DNA from: Deltaproteobacteria bacterium | GTDB lineage: Bacteria; Desulfobacterota_D; UBA1144; Nemesobacterales; CSP1-2 | Direction of reading: 5' to 3' | Assembly: GCA_052390235.1 (NCBI GenBank) | Contig: JBQTHB010000003.1 | Coordinates: forward strand, 96,001 to 160,000 | Length of the DNA: 64,000 nt | In this document: positions 46,191 to 55,480 of the stretch, piece after piece | Position numbering within the stretch: the stretch's first letter is position 1 | How the letters are laid out: each line of letters opens with the position of its first letter | The notes under the pieces: model-generated | Database searches by the model: none | What the model was told of the DNA's origin: nothing | The model's input: only the letters and a program-made list of their open reading frames with translations | Program-made: the position numbers and the translations under genes

Positions 46191-47388
46191 GGCTGAGGGT
46201 CTGGAGTTCATTTTCCGCCCCCTCGTCTCCGGCGATTTTAATATCCAAATCCCCCTCCCACGGGACGAAGGCAACCCCGACGGCGTCAGACACGGCGGCT
46301 ATGGCGCGGTAAATCTCAAGCGCCTCAGCGCTCGGTACGGGTTTTTTGTCATTCCAGTCAATCATCTGCATCTTGACTATCGCCCTTTTCGGACTCCCAA
46401 GCTCGGCGATGGACTTTCGCGTTATCCCCCGGATTATCTCGATGACCTCAGAGGAGTCAACCCCCAGTTCTTCCATCATCTGGCGCTGATATGCCATCAC
46501 CGCAACCAGGTCAAATTCCTTGGCAAGCTGGATGTCGTGGGACTGCCAGATGAGATTATTGTAGGTATTATGAAACAGCTCGTAGTAGGCGTTAAAGACC
46601 GTAGTGAGTTTGGGATTCTCCGACTTTACAGTGCCGACAAGCCTGGATGCGACTTGCCTAAGGCGGCCGTTTTTCCACCTCGCCCACCTGTCAAAGGCCT
46701 CCGTGTAGCGGATGCGCTCCACCCTGCCATTGGGTCTTAGCTCTACTTCGCTGTACATATCCGCGGCTTCGAGCCTCGTGTTGAAATCGAGCAGGTACTG
46801 CAGCTTTGCCGACGCCCCGAAACCCTCCATGTGCTTTATGATGAAATCGTCTTGAAATAGCACGCCGTCAATATCGTACTTCGCGAGGTCTCGGTACAGG
46901 CTCTCCAGACGCTTGACTGCCTTGGGATTAAATAGATCCAGCCTCTCAATAGTGGATTCCTCCCCCTTGGCAAGTGAGAATTCGGCGTCCATAAGGCTCT
47001 CATCCGCCCCATAGACGGCGCGTCTCGTGGTCATCCAAGCAAATATCGAGACCCCTTCTAGGCGGGCGGCCCGCGCGGCCTCCCCCAGAATATCGGCTAT
47101 GACGGGCGAGTGGGCGGTTGCGTAATAGACCCCCGCCCTCGATTCGGGATTGTCCCCCGCGAGCTTGTGGATTCTATCGCCTCGGTTGCCGAAAACGCGG
47201 AATATTACGGTATTGATTCCGCTTTGCTTCATGCGCCGAATCTCCTCGCGCAGTTCATCGAAGGACGCCGCTTTGGTATAGAAAATCTGAGCCGCGCGAA
47301 TCGCAGAGGCGTCTTCGGACGCAAAGGCGGCGGGGACGGCGAGAAGGGATATTAAAATAATCTGCAGGAGTAGCGGCATGAAATTCAT
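46183..47388 (-). CDS. Exported glycoside hydrolase resembling the PgaB C-terminal domain (GHL13/GH153-like)
   Basis: Signal peptide; GINTVIFRVF, FAWMTTR, LDLFNP...LYRDLAKYDIDGVLFQDD, AVMAY. Confidence 0.7.
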   Translation of the reverse strand: MNFMPLLLQIILISLLAVPAAFASEDASAIRAAQIFYTKAASFDELREEIRRMKQSGINTVIFRVFGNRGDRIHKLAGDNPESRAGVYYATAHSPVIADILGEAARAARLEGVSIFAWMTTRRAVYGADESLMDAEFSLAKGEESTIERLDLFNPKAVKRLESLYRDLAKYDIDGVLFQDDFIIKHMEGFGASAKLQYLLDFNTRLEAADMYSEVELRPNGRVERIRYTEAFDRWARWKNGRLRQVASRLVGTVKSENPKLTTVFNAYYELFHNTYNNLIWQSHDIQLAKEFDLVAVMAYQRQMMEELGVDSSEVIEIIRGITRKSIAELGSPKRAIVKMQMIDWNDKKPVPSAEALEIYRAIAAVSDAVGVAFVPWEGDLDIKIAGDEGAENELQTLSPI

Positions 47389-47451
47389 TTTCCACGCCCA
47401 ATAAGGCTGAGTCAAGTTGATTTTCTAAGCCTTAACATTATATTAACCCGC

Positions 47452-47904
47452 ATGGAGCGCGTGGTTTGCCAGAATCCGACATCGCACAGGGATTACTTCC
47501 TCGAAGAGACATTCGAGGCGGGGCTTGAGCTTCGAGGCTCCGAGGTCAAATCCCTCAGAGACGGGCAGGCGAGTATTAAAGAGAGTTTCGCATCGCTTAT
47601 GAAGGGGGAATTTTTCCTCATCAATAGCTACATCGCCCCCTACGAACAGGCGAATATATTCAACCACGACCCCAAGCGCAATAGAAAACTCCTCCTCCAC
47701 AGGAGGGAGATAAACCGCCTCATCGGCAAAACCCGCACCAAGGGATATACGCTCGTCCCCGTGAAAATTTACTTCAAGGACAGAAGGGCAAAGGTCGAGA
47801 TTGCTCTGGCGAAGGGGAAAAAGTTCTACGACAAACGCGAGGACATCAAGCAGAGAGATGCCGAGCGGGAAATGGAGAAAGAATTTAAGAGGCGGCGTTT
47901 TTAA
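47452..47904 (+). CDS. smpB: SsrA-binding protein
   Basis: EAGLELRGSEVKSLR, RKLLLHRREI, KGKKFYDKRE. Confidence 0.98.
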   Translation: MERVVCQNPTSHRDYFLEETFEAGLELRGSEVKSLRDGQASIKESFASLMKGEFFLINSYIAPYEQANIFNHDPKRNRKLLLHRREINRLIGKTRTKGYTLVPVKIYFKDRRAKVEIALAKGKKFYDKREDIKQRDAEREMEKEFKRRRF

Positions 47905-47984
47905 GGTACACTGTCCTAAGCGATAATAGATATGCAGTTAGCTAGAGAGATTGGGGTGAATAGTTTTTTTGTTCTTTGACAAGT

Positions 47985-48339
47985 GGGGGCGATTGGCTTC
48001 GACGGGGAATGGGATAGCTCAGGATGCACGTCGAGCTTCTGTTAACTCGTTAAACTGGCAGAGCACACACAAGTGCCGAACCAATCAACGCACTCGCAGC
48101 CTAACTAGAGCGGCGACGTCTCCTTCAGCCCTGCCCGCTGGGCTGTCGTGAGGCGAGACTCAAACGGGATTGGCCGGGGGCAGAGCTTGAGATGCCGTCG
48201 GACGAAAATAGTTATCAAGCTGGAACCGGAAACCCCGCCTATCGGAGCGTTCGGTTCGACATCAGAGGGTAGGCTAAACGTGTAGAGTCCGGGCGAGGCT
48301 CTTTCTCGGACCTGGGTTCGATTCCCAGCGCCTCCACCA
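47985..48339 (+). ncRNA. ssrA: tmRNA; probable tag reading frame AEPINALAA* (48075-48104)
   Basis: 5' GGGGGCGA...TTCGAC; 3' GGGTTCGATTCCC...CGCCTCCACCA; G3.U alanine identity pair; follows smpB. Confidence 0.95.
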
Positions 48340-48368
48340 CTTTTTCAAACATTAAAGATTCATCGGAA

Positions 48369-50510
48369 ATGACTCGGCGGAAAGTTAGAATCAAATCAAC
48401 TAAGCTCAAACGTGCCGCGCTGATTTTAGGCGGCGCAGTTGGGTTTTATGTTTTGTTTATATTACTGACCCTCCCGGACGTTGACAGGGGACTCGAAAGC
48501 GGGCTTACCCCATTCCGCACATCCCAAATTGTCGCAAGGGACAACTCGGTCGTCAGGGCGTATGGCAGATTTCACTACAAGCCCGTCTCGCTGTCCGATA
48601 TAAGCCCAGACCTAATTGACGCCTTCATCGCCACCGAAGACCGCAGATTCTATAGCCACTCCGGCGTGGATGCTCAGTCCATCCTCCGCGCCGTTTTCGA
48701 GAATGTCCGCTCTACCAGGATAAAACAAGGGGCAAGCACCATAACGCAGCAACTCGCCCGCAACGTTTTTCTCTCGCACAAACGCTCGATGTCGAGGAAA
48801 ATCCAAGAGGCTCTCATCGCCCTGAAACTCGAGGGCAGGCTCAGCAAGGACGAGATTCTTGAGACGTATCTGAACAACATCTATTTCGGCGAGGCGGCGT
48901 ACGGCATTGGGGCGGCGGCAGAAATTTACTTCGGCAAATCCCCCAAGAGGCTCGACAAAGCCGAAGTCGCCCTTCTCGTGGGACTCCCTCAAGCCCCATC
49001 GAGGTATAATCCGTTTGAAAACCCGGAGCTCGCCCTAAGCCGCCGAAGCGCCGTGATAGACAACCTAGTAGAAGCCGGAAAAATCGGGGAAAAAGAGGCG
49101 GAAACACTTAAAAAACGCAGGCTTAACCTAGCCCCCCGGCGCAGAGAAACCCAAATCGCGAGCGACAGGGCGAGGTTTTTTAGCCAGTACGTCGTCAAAC
49201 AAGCCCTCGCAAAGCTCGACATGGATGAGCAGGAATTCTGGCAGGAGGGGCTGAAAGTCTATACCACGATTGACCCCAAAGCCCAGAGCATAGCCGAAGC
49301 CCAGGTAAAAAAATTAAACGAGCAGTACGGCAGAACGGGTAAGGATAATCAGGCGGCGCTACTGTCCATGGAAGTCGGCGGAGCGGTCATCGCCTATGTG
49401 GGGGGGCAGGACTTCAAAGTGAGCCAATTCGACCGTGTATCCCAAGCGAAAAGACTCGCGGGGTCGCTTTTTAAGGTTTTCGTCTATACGGCGGCTATGG
49501 AGAAGGGAATCTCGCCCCTTATGGTCTATGAAGATGCGCCGATTCAGTACGGCGATTGGAAGCCGGAGAACTACGACCAGAGGCATCACGGGAGAATGAC
49601 CTTGGCGCACGCCCTCGTGAAATCAAACAACATCGTAGCCGTGAAACTGCTGGAGGACATATCCCCTAGGGCGGCTATTAAAACCGCTCAGAAAATGGGA
49701 ATCTCATCCCCGATGGACGCCAACCTCGCCCTAGCCCTCGGAGCAGTGGACGTGAGCTTAGATGAGATGACCGCCGCGGTAAATGTCCTCAACAACAGCG
49801 GAGTGTATGTGAAACCCTACGCCATTGAAAAAATCATCGGGCGCGATGGGGGCGTACTGTACGAGCATAAGCCTGAGAGCAGAGAGGTTCTGAGCCGCTC
49901 TGTGCGCGATACGATGGTCGAGCTAATGGAGGGAGTGATTCGATACGGCACGGGGCGCTACGCCTCAATCAACCGCCCCGCCGCAGGGAAAACCGGCACG
50001 AGCGATGACTACAGGGACGCTTGGTTCATAGGGTTTACCCCTGAGATAACCACCGGGGTTTGGGTCGGCAATGACACCAATTCCAAGATGTGGAGCATCA
50101 CCGGAGGGAGCCTTCCGGCGGGCATATGGCGCACTTATATGTCTCAGGTTCTCGCAGGCAGAGACAAGAGGGAATTCAACCTCGAAGAGGCTTTTGCCGT
50201 CGAGGGCAAGGATTTTCTCCCCATCAATTCCATTAATCTCATTGCGAGCCAAATCGCTGAGACCCTAAATCAAGGAGAATTTAAACTCGGACAATCCCCC
50301 TCGCCAAACCCCGACGACGCTTTCATTGACCCGGATTTAGAGAGCGCCATCTCCGCTCCACCCGATGATGACAAACGGAAATCCCCGCAGGAGGCGCAGA
50401 ATGATAGCTCGGCGGCGGATGGCTCAAATCTCGACTGGGAATCCCTTAGGAGAGAGGGGCAATCGGCCGATGTGGATGATGACCAGGACGACGACCCCCT
50501 AGAGCCGTAA
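48369..50510 (+). CDS. Class A penicillin-binding protein (PBP1A family)
   Basis: EDRRFYSH, QGASTITQQL, YLNNIYFG, GSLFK, SNN, GKTGT. Confidence 0.93.
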   Translation: MTRRKVRIKSTKLKRAALILGGAVGFYVLFILLTLPDVDRGLESGLTPFRTSQIVARDNSVVRAYGRFHYKPVSLSDISPDLIDAFIATEDRRFYSHSGVDAQSILRAVFENVRSTRIKQGASTITQQLARNVFLSHKRSMSRKIQEALIALKLEGRLSKDEILETYLNNIYFGEAAYGIGAAAEIYFGKSPKRLDKAEVALLVGLPQAPSRYNPFENPELALSRRSAVIDNLVEAGKIGEKEAETLKKRRLNLAPRRRETQIASDRARFFSQYVVKQALAKLDMDEQEFWQEGLKVYTTIDPKAQSIAEAQVKKLNEQYGRTGKDNQAALLSMEVGGAVIAYVGGQDFKVSQFDRVSQAKRLAGSLFKVFVYTAAMEKGISPLMVYEDAPIQYGDWKPENYDQRHHGRMTLAHALVKSNNIVAVKLLEDISPRAAIKTAQKMGISSPMDANLALALGAVDVSLDEMTAAVNVLNNSGVYVKPYAIEKIIGRDGGVLYEHKPESREVLSRSVRDTMVELMEGVIRYGTGRYASINRPAAGKTGTSDDYRDAWFIGFTPEITTGVWVGNDTNSKMWSITGGSLPAGIWRTYMSQVLAGRDKREFNLEEAFAVEGKDFLPINSINLIASQIAETLNQGEFKLGQSPSPNPDDAFIDPDLESAISAPPDDDKRKSPQEAQNDSSAADGSNLDWESLRREGQSADVDDDQDDDPLEP

Positions 50511-50519
50511 CTTCTTATC

Positions 50520-51140
50520 ATGATAATACAACTCGTTCTTGCAACCAAAAACGAGGGGAAAGCAAGGGAATTTGCAGATCTCCTCAAGCCTATAGCCGGG
50601 CGCGTGCTATCGCTAATAGATATAAATTTCGCGGGCGAGGTCATCGAAGACGGGCTCACATTCAGGGAAAACGCCCTGAAAAAAGCCCGCGCCATAAGGG
50701 ATTTTAGCGCTATGCCCGCCCTTGCCGACGACTCCGGGCTTGAGGTTGAAGCCCTCGGAGGCAGACCGGGAGCGCTCTCAGCACGGTATGCCGGAGCCGG
50801 GGCGAGCGACAAATCAAACATCGAGAAACTCCTTGGGGAAATGCGGGGAATTTCAAATAGGCGCGCGAGATTTGCCTGCTCCCTTGTCCTTGCCCTGCCC
50901 GACGGGAGGGAGCTAGTCGCCGAGGCAACCTGCGAAGGGGTTATCGCCCATGAGCCGAGGGGAGCGGGGGGATTCGGCTACGACCCCATTTTTTTCATCC
51001 CGCATCTGCAAAGGACAATGGCTGAGATGATCCCCGAGGAAAAAAATATTATCAGCCACAGAGCAAGAGCCGTGGAGGGGTTGATAGCGCTCGTCAGGAA
51101 TATCGCCGGCGAAAAATATTTTCTCGACGCGCCCATATAG
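50520..51140 (+). CDS. rdgB: Non-canonical purine NTP pyrophosphatase (RdgB/HAM1)
   Basis: ATKNEGK, ADDSGL, GFGYDPIF, KNIISHR. Confidence 0.95.
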   Translation: MIIQLVLATKNEGKAREFADLLKPIAGRVLSLIDINFAGEVIEDGLTFRENALKKARAIRDFSAMPALADDSGLEVEALGGRPGALSARYAGAGASDKSNIEKLLGEMRGISNRRARFACSLVLALPDGRELVAEATCEGVIAHEPRGAGGFGYDPIFFIPHLQRTMAEMIPEEKNIISHRARAVEGLIALVRNIAGEKYFLDAPI

Positions 51141-51307
51141 GCCAGCCCGCATACCCCAAGCCCCGAAATAGAGCTACTTTGAGAATATTTCAAAGCTCCA
51201 GCCGTGAAAAGTTGCCAGAGGGCGAAGTTTCAAATATATTAGATTGAACCTAGCGCGAACGACTCTCCCGCCGTTGGTTCAAATCACGCCATCAGGGTAA
51301 ACCAGAG

Positions 51308-52921
51308 ATGAATAAAACCAAATTTATATTCGTTACCGGAGGCGTTATGTCGTCTCTGGGCAAAGGGCTTGCCGCCGCCTCCATCGGGGCTTTGCTCGAA
51401 AGCCGCGGGCTTCAGGTTACGATGCAGAAGTTAGACCCGTATATAAACGTTGACCCCGGCACAATGAGCCCGTTTCAGCACGGCGAGGTCTATGTAACCG
51501 ACGACGGAGCGGAAACCGACCTCGACCTAGGACACTATCAACGGTTCACGCGCTCAAGGCTCACGAAGAAAAGCAATTTCACGAGCGGCAAGGTCTATCA
51601 CACCGTTATCCTCAATGAGCGCGAGGGAAAATATCTGGGCAAAACCATTCAGGTCATCCCCCACATCACGGATGAAATCAAGGCCAATATCCTCGGCGCG
51701 GCTGAGGACAACGACGTGGTCATCGTGGAAATTGGCGGCACCGTGGGAGACATCGAGAGCCTGCCGTTCCTCGAAGCCGTCAGGCAGATGCGCTCGGATT
51801 TAGGACGCGACAACACGCTCTACGTCCATTTGACATATGTCCCCTACGTTGCCCCCGCCGGAGAGCTTAAAACAAAGCCCACTCAGCACAGCGTCAAAGA
51901 CCTGCTTCAAATCGGCATTCAGCCCGATGTAATCCTCTGCCGCACGGACAGATTCCTCCCGCGGGACATCAAAGAGAAAATCGCCCTATTTTGCAACGTG
52001 CCGATTCAAGCCGTCATCACGGCAAAGGACGTGGATTCAATTTACGAAGTCCCCCTTATTTTCCATCAGGAGGGATTGGACGAGATAATTATCGAATCGC
52101 TTAAGATGTGGACTCGCAGGCCCGCCCTAGACAATTGGCGCGAGCTTGTGAATAAGGTCGAGAATTTAAGCTCGGACGTGGTCATCGGCGTCGTCGGCAA
52201 GTACATAAGCCAAAAAGACGCCTATAAGAGCCTACACGAGGCACTCTATCACGGCGGAATTGCCAATAACTCGAAAGTGAGCATCAAATACGTTGACTCG
52301 GAGGAAATCGAGGCGAAGGGCGCGGAGAGTCTCCTGGGGGGCGTTCACGGAGTGCTTGTTCCGGGGGGATTTGGCAAACGGGGAACTGAGGGGAAAATCG
52401 AAGCCGTGCGATTTGCGAGGGAGCGTAAAGCGCCGTTTTTCGGGATATGTTTGGGGATGCAGATGGCGGTGATTGAATTTGCGCGGAATCTATGCGGGAT
52501 AGAGGACGCAAACTCGCTTGAGTTCGAGCCGGAGTGCCAAAACCCTGTGGTAAACCTCATGGAAGAGCAGAGGGCGGTTACGGACAAGGGCGGCACGATG
52601 AGGCTTGGGGCGTACCCTTGTAACTTGAAATCCGGCTCGCTTGCCGAGAGCGCCTATAAATCCGATAGAATCTCCGAGCGGCACAGGCACAGGTATGAAA
52701 TCAACAACGGCTACCGAGACGCTCTTGCCGCCGCCGGAATGATCGTTAGCGGCATCTCCCCCGATGGGAGCCTCGTCGAGATGATAGAGATTGAAAAGCA
52801 CCCGTGGTTCGTGGGATGCCAGTTTCACCCGGAGTTCAAATCCGCTCCGCTCGCGCCGCACCCTCTTTTCAGGGATTTCATCAGAGCCGCGCTTGAATAT
52901 AAATCCTCGCTTCCGTCCTGA
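51308..52921 (+). CDS. pyrG: CTP synthase
   Basis: [38 protein letters not shown]. Confidence 0.99.
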   Translation: MNKTKFIFVTGGVMSSLGKGLAAASIGALLESRGLQVTMQKLDPYINVDPGTMSPFQHGEVYVTDDGAETDLDLGHYQRFTRSRLTKKSNFTSGKVYHTVILNEREGKYLGKTIQVIPHITDEIKANILGAAEDNDVVIVEIGGTVGDIESLPFLEAVRQMRSDLGRDNTLYVHLTYVPYVAPAGELKTKPTQHSVKDLLQIGIQPDVILCRTDRFLPRDIKEKIALFCNVPIQAVITAKDVDSIYEVPLIFHQEGLDEIIIESLKMWTRRPALDNWRELVNKVENLSSDVVIGVVGKYISQKDAYKSLHEALYHGGIANNSKVSIKYVDSEEIEAKGAESLLGGVHGVLVPGGFGKRGTEGKIEAVRFARERKAPFFGICLGMQMAVIEFARNLCGIEDANSLEFEPECQNPVVNLMEEQRAVTDKGGTMRLGAYPCNLKSGSLAESAYKSDRISERHRHRYEINNGYRDALAAAGMIVSGISPDGSLVEMIEIEKHPWFVGCQFHPEFKSAPLAPHPLFRDFIRAALEYKSSLPS

Positions 52922-52975
52922 AGGTCAATAGAGCGGCTCGGGGCGCGCTTCGGAATTAAATTGCGCCGCGCCGTC

Positions 52976-53004
52976 TTGACTCATGGGGTTCTTCAATTTA
53001 AATT
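52976..53004 (+). promoter_or_regulatory. Putative sigma70 promoter of tRNA-Asn
   Basis: TTGACT-17 bp-TAAATT. Confidence 0.5.
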
Positions 53005-53032
53005 TAATACGCTTTTAATAATCCAAACCAAA

Positions 53033-53108
53033 TCCGGAGTAGCTCAGTCGGCAGAGCGAGTGGCTGTTAACCACCAGGTCGGGGGTTCGAATCCCTCCTC
53101 CGGAGCCA
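53033..53108 (+). tRNA. tRNA-Asn (GTT)
   Basis: TCCGGAG/CTCCGGA acceptor stem, CTGTTAA anticodon loop, GGTTCGAATCC T-arm, encoded CCA. Confidence 0.97.
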
Positions 53109-53294
53109 TTAAATCAGATACACAAATCCAAGAAGCGAGATCCGAAATGACGCGCCCCGCCACAATTTTTCTGGGGCAAAGGAGGCGGGGCGATGGACGC
53201 GCCCGCTCGGAGGGGGGGGTCTGGGGAGGAATCCGCGTGGGCTTCGGCTTTTTCTTTTGGCGAAATTCGGGCAGGCGGAATCTTGAGCTAGTAA

Positions 53295-53341
53295 ATGAAT
53301 TAACATTCATGCTAACTATCGTATGTAGAATCAAAGTTAGC
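53295..53341 (+). promoter_or_regulatory. Candidate C-protein operator (inverted repeats) upstream of the controller gene
   Basis: ATGAAT-TAAC-ATTCAT and GCTAACT-N17-AGTTAGC. Confidence 0.45.
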
Positions 53342-53366
53342 AAGTGAGTACACTGGAGTTACCAAT

Positions 53367-53579
53367 ATGAAAAGAGAGGTTTTAATAAAATTTGGTCAAA
53401 AAGTCCGCGAGGAACGAGCTAGATTGGGTTTGTCGCAAGAAGAATTAGCCAGTCGAGCTGGCGTTCATCGAACTTATATCGGTATGATTGAACGTGCAGA
53501 GAAGAACATAACACTAAAAAACATTGAGAAAATCGCCAAGGCTTTGGAAGTTAGTATAGCGGACTTTTTTCACTCCTAA
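53367..53579 (+). CDS. XRE-family HTH R-M controller (C) protein
   Basis: LSQEELASRAGVHRTYIGMIERAEKNITLKNIEKIAKAL; directly upstream of the endonuclease. Confidence 0.88.
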   Translation: MKREVLIKFGQKVREERARLGLSQEELASRAGVHRTYIGMIERAEKNITLKNIEKIAKALEVSIADFFHS

Positions 53580-53584
53580 AAACT

Positions 53585-54166
53585 ATGAATTCTCCCTATG
53601 CAGGCAAAAATCCAGAAGAATGGTTAGCGGTAACCAAAATGTTAATCAAAAAGCATCCTCTTCCTCCTCAAGAAATAAAGGAGGTTGTTCTTCAGTCTTG
53701 GGATGATATTTTTCAGTCGAAAATTGGTAAAAGAGGATATAAAATCGGAAAAGATATTTATCCTAAACCACAAATTTTAGGTTTCTTTTTACACGAGCTT
53801 ATTCCACTCGAATTTGAAAAGAGATACCCAAAGAAATGGCGACGAGAAATATCTGCAAAAGATAAGGACTTAATCTGTATACCAAATGATAATTTTTCCA
53901 TTGAGATAAAAACTTCATCAAATCCCGTAAGTATTTTCGGAAATAGAAGCTACACTCAAGAATCCTTAAATAGAAAGAAGGGCAAAGCAGGTTACTACTT
54001 AGCTATTAACTTTGAAAAATGTACCGATTCATGTCCAAAACCGAAAATACTCAAAATCAGATTCGGTTGGTTGGATCACTCGGATTGGCTCGGACAAGCT
54101 TCTGCAACCGGCCAGTAATCTAGGCTTAGTAGGAATGTTGAGAATTTCAAACTAATTGAGTTGTAG
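53585..54166 (+). pseudogene. ScaI-family type II restriction endonuclease interrupted by an in-frame TAA at 54116-54118
   Basis: SPY...HPL, PKPQILGFFLHELIP, KDL...FSIEIKTSS, IFGNRSY, IRFGWLDHSDW; frame continues SRLSRNVENFKLIEL after the stop. Confidence 0.72.
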
Positions 54167-55010
54167 CAGCAAATTCAAAAAGTGACATTGGTTGAGGTGA
54201 TTTTTTGTATTGCTTAATTCTCTCAACTGCCAAATCGCAATACTTCTCGTTTATTTCAAACCCAACGAACTTTCTCCCGTTTGAAAGTGCAACAATCGCG
54301 GTTGTACCTGATCCAAGAAATGGATCTAATACTATTTCATTTGGATTACTGGATGCCTTCACTATTCGATCGATAAGTGCAATAGGAAATTGGGCTGGGT
54401 GTGGCATTCTTTCTCTTGAACTCCTGTTTGTGCCGGAGGTTACTTTTGGAATTTGCCAGACATCTGTTGGATTTTTACCTAAAGGATTGCATTTTAACTT
54501 TCCATTTTTCTTTTGATTCGGATATTTAACATTCTTATCTCGAATATCGTCAAGATTGAAAACATAATTTTCTTGATCTTTGACATACCAAAGGAGTTTC
54601 TCGTTGCGCGGAGAGAAAAATTTTCTACCAGCTACCCCTGCTCCATAATTCCATATTACCTCTTGAATGAAATAAAAAGGTGTTTTGTCCCAAAGTAGGT
54701 AAGGTATCGGAACGGCTTTTCCTTTTTCTGGAATTTCCAAGTATCCGATATTCAGCCAAAACGCGCCTTGGTTTTTCGTCACGCGATGAATTTCTGAAAT
54801 CCAATCTTTGCACCAATCCAAATAATTTTCAAGGGGCATCGGCTCCTCATATTCTTTCCCAATGTTGTAGGGAGGACTTGTAACCGTTATATCAACGAGA
54901 GAAGTATCAATCTTTCTCATTAACTCTAAGCAGTCGCCAGTATAAAGCACGCAATCGTCCGTTTCGAAATAAGGTTTGCCCAATGAGTTTTTTATCTGCT
55001 GTAGGTTCAT
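54147..55010 (-). CDS. Beta-class N4-cytosine DNA methyltransferase (cognate of the ScaI-like REase)
   Basis: TSPPYN (motif IV) precedes LDPFLGSGTT (motif I); HPAQFP. Confidence 0.9.
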   Translation of the reverse strand: MNLQQIKNSLGKPYFETDDCVLYTGDCLELMRKIDTSLVDITVTSPPYNIGKEYEEPMPLENYLDWCKDWISEIHRVTKNQGAFWLNIGYLEIPEKGKAVPIPYLLWDKTPFYFIQEVIWNYGAGVAGRKFFSPRNEKLLWYVKDQENYVFNLDDIRDKNVKYPNQKKNGKLKCNPLGKNPTDVWQIPKVTSGTNRSSRERMPHPAQFPIALIDRIVKASSNPNEIVLDPFLGSGTTAIVALSNGRKFVGFEINEKYCDLAVERIKQYKKSPQPMSLFEFAATTQLV

Positions 55011-55058
55011 AATGACTTGATAACTATAGTATACATGAGGTAAAATGACAGTGCAACT

Positions 55059-55451
55059 ATGACAAGGGCTATTTATTCAGAAAAAGTGGATTTAATCATG
55101 AAAGCTCGCGAAGCGATGCTTTCTGCTGTCCAAATCTATAATAACCCGCTTATTTCATTCAAAACTGAGAGCTATATAGTGTTGTCCTTGATCGCTTGGA
55201 CTTATCTACTGCATGCTCATTACCGAGCAAAGGGAGTAGACTATCGTTATTTTACCAAATCTGGCGGGCGAAAGAAATTTACAAGAAACTCGGACGGCAG
55301 TATCAAATACTGGGACTTGAAAGAGTGTACTTCAAAGGCAGACTGCTCGCTGGATAAAGATACAGTGAACAATTTGAACTTCTTGATCGGGTTGCGAAAT
55401 CAAATTGAACACCGCAAAGCGAGCGGACTAGATTCATATTTTTTGCTATAA
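55059..55451 (+). pseudogene. DUF3644-like protein, apparently 3'-truncated, with an Rx4H (HEPN-like) motif
   Basis: KAREAMLSAVQIYNNP..FKTESYIVL..IAWTYLLHA; LRNQIEH; ends abruptly at the mod promoter. Confidence 0.6.
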
Positions 55452-55452
55452 T
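55444..55452 (+). promoter_or_regulatory. Extended -10 promoter for the type III mod operon
   Basis: TGCTATAAT 29 bp upstream of the mod ATG; GAGG/AAGGGG RBS. Confidence 0.55.
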
Positions 55453-55480
55453 TGAGCCAACAGCTTGAGGAAGGGGCAAT

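Noticed and set aside
45951..46274. 107-aa PK-repeat ORF as a real TonB-like protein
   Set aside because: Its start lies inside the hydrolase gene, it has no signal or TM segment, and a remnant plus repeat expansion explains it better
48340..48370. Island integrated at the tmRNA 3' end
   Set aside because: PBP1A follows directly with host-like composition; no integrase or duplicated ssrA end
52961..53347. ORFs overlapping tRNA-Asn, and ORF 47969-48151 overlapping the tmRNA
   Set aside because: They overlap RNA genes and have no protein-like features
54116..54118. Programmed readthrough or alternative genetic code at the REase stop
   Set aside because: TAA terminates many genes in this window normally and no recoding signal is visible
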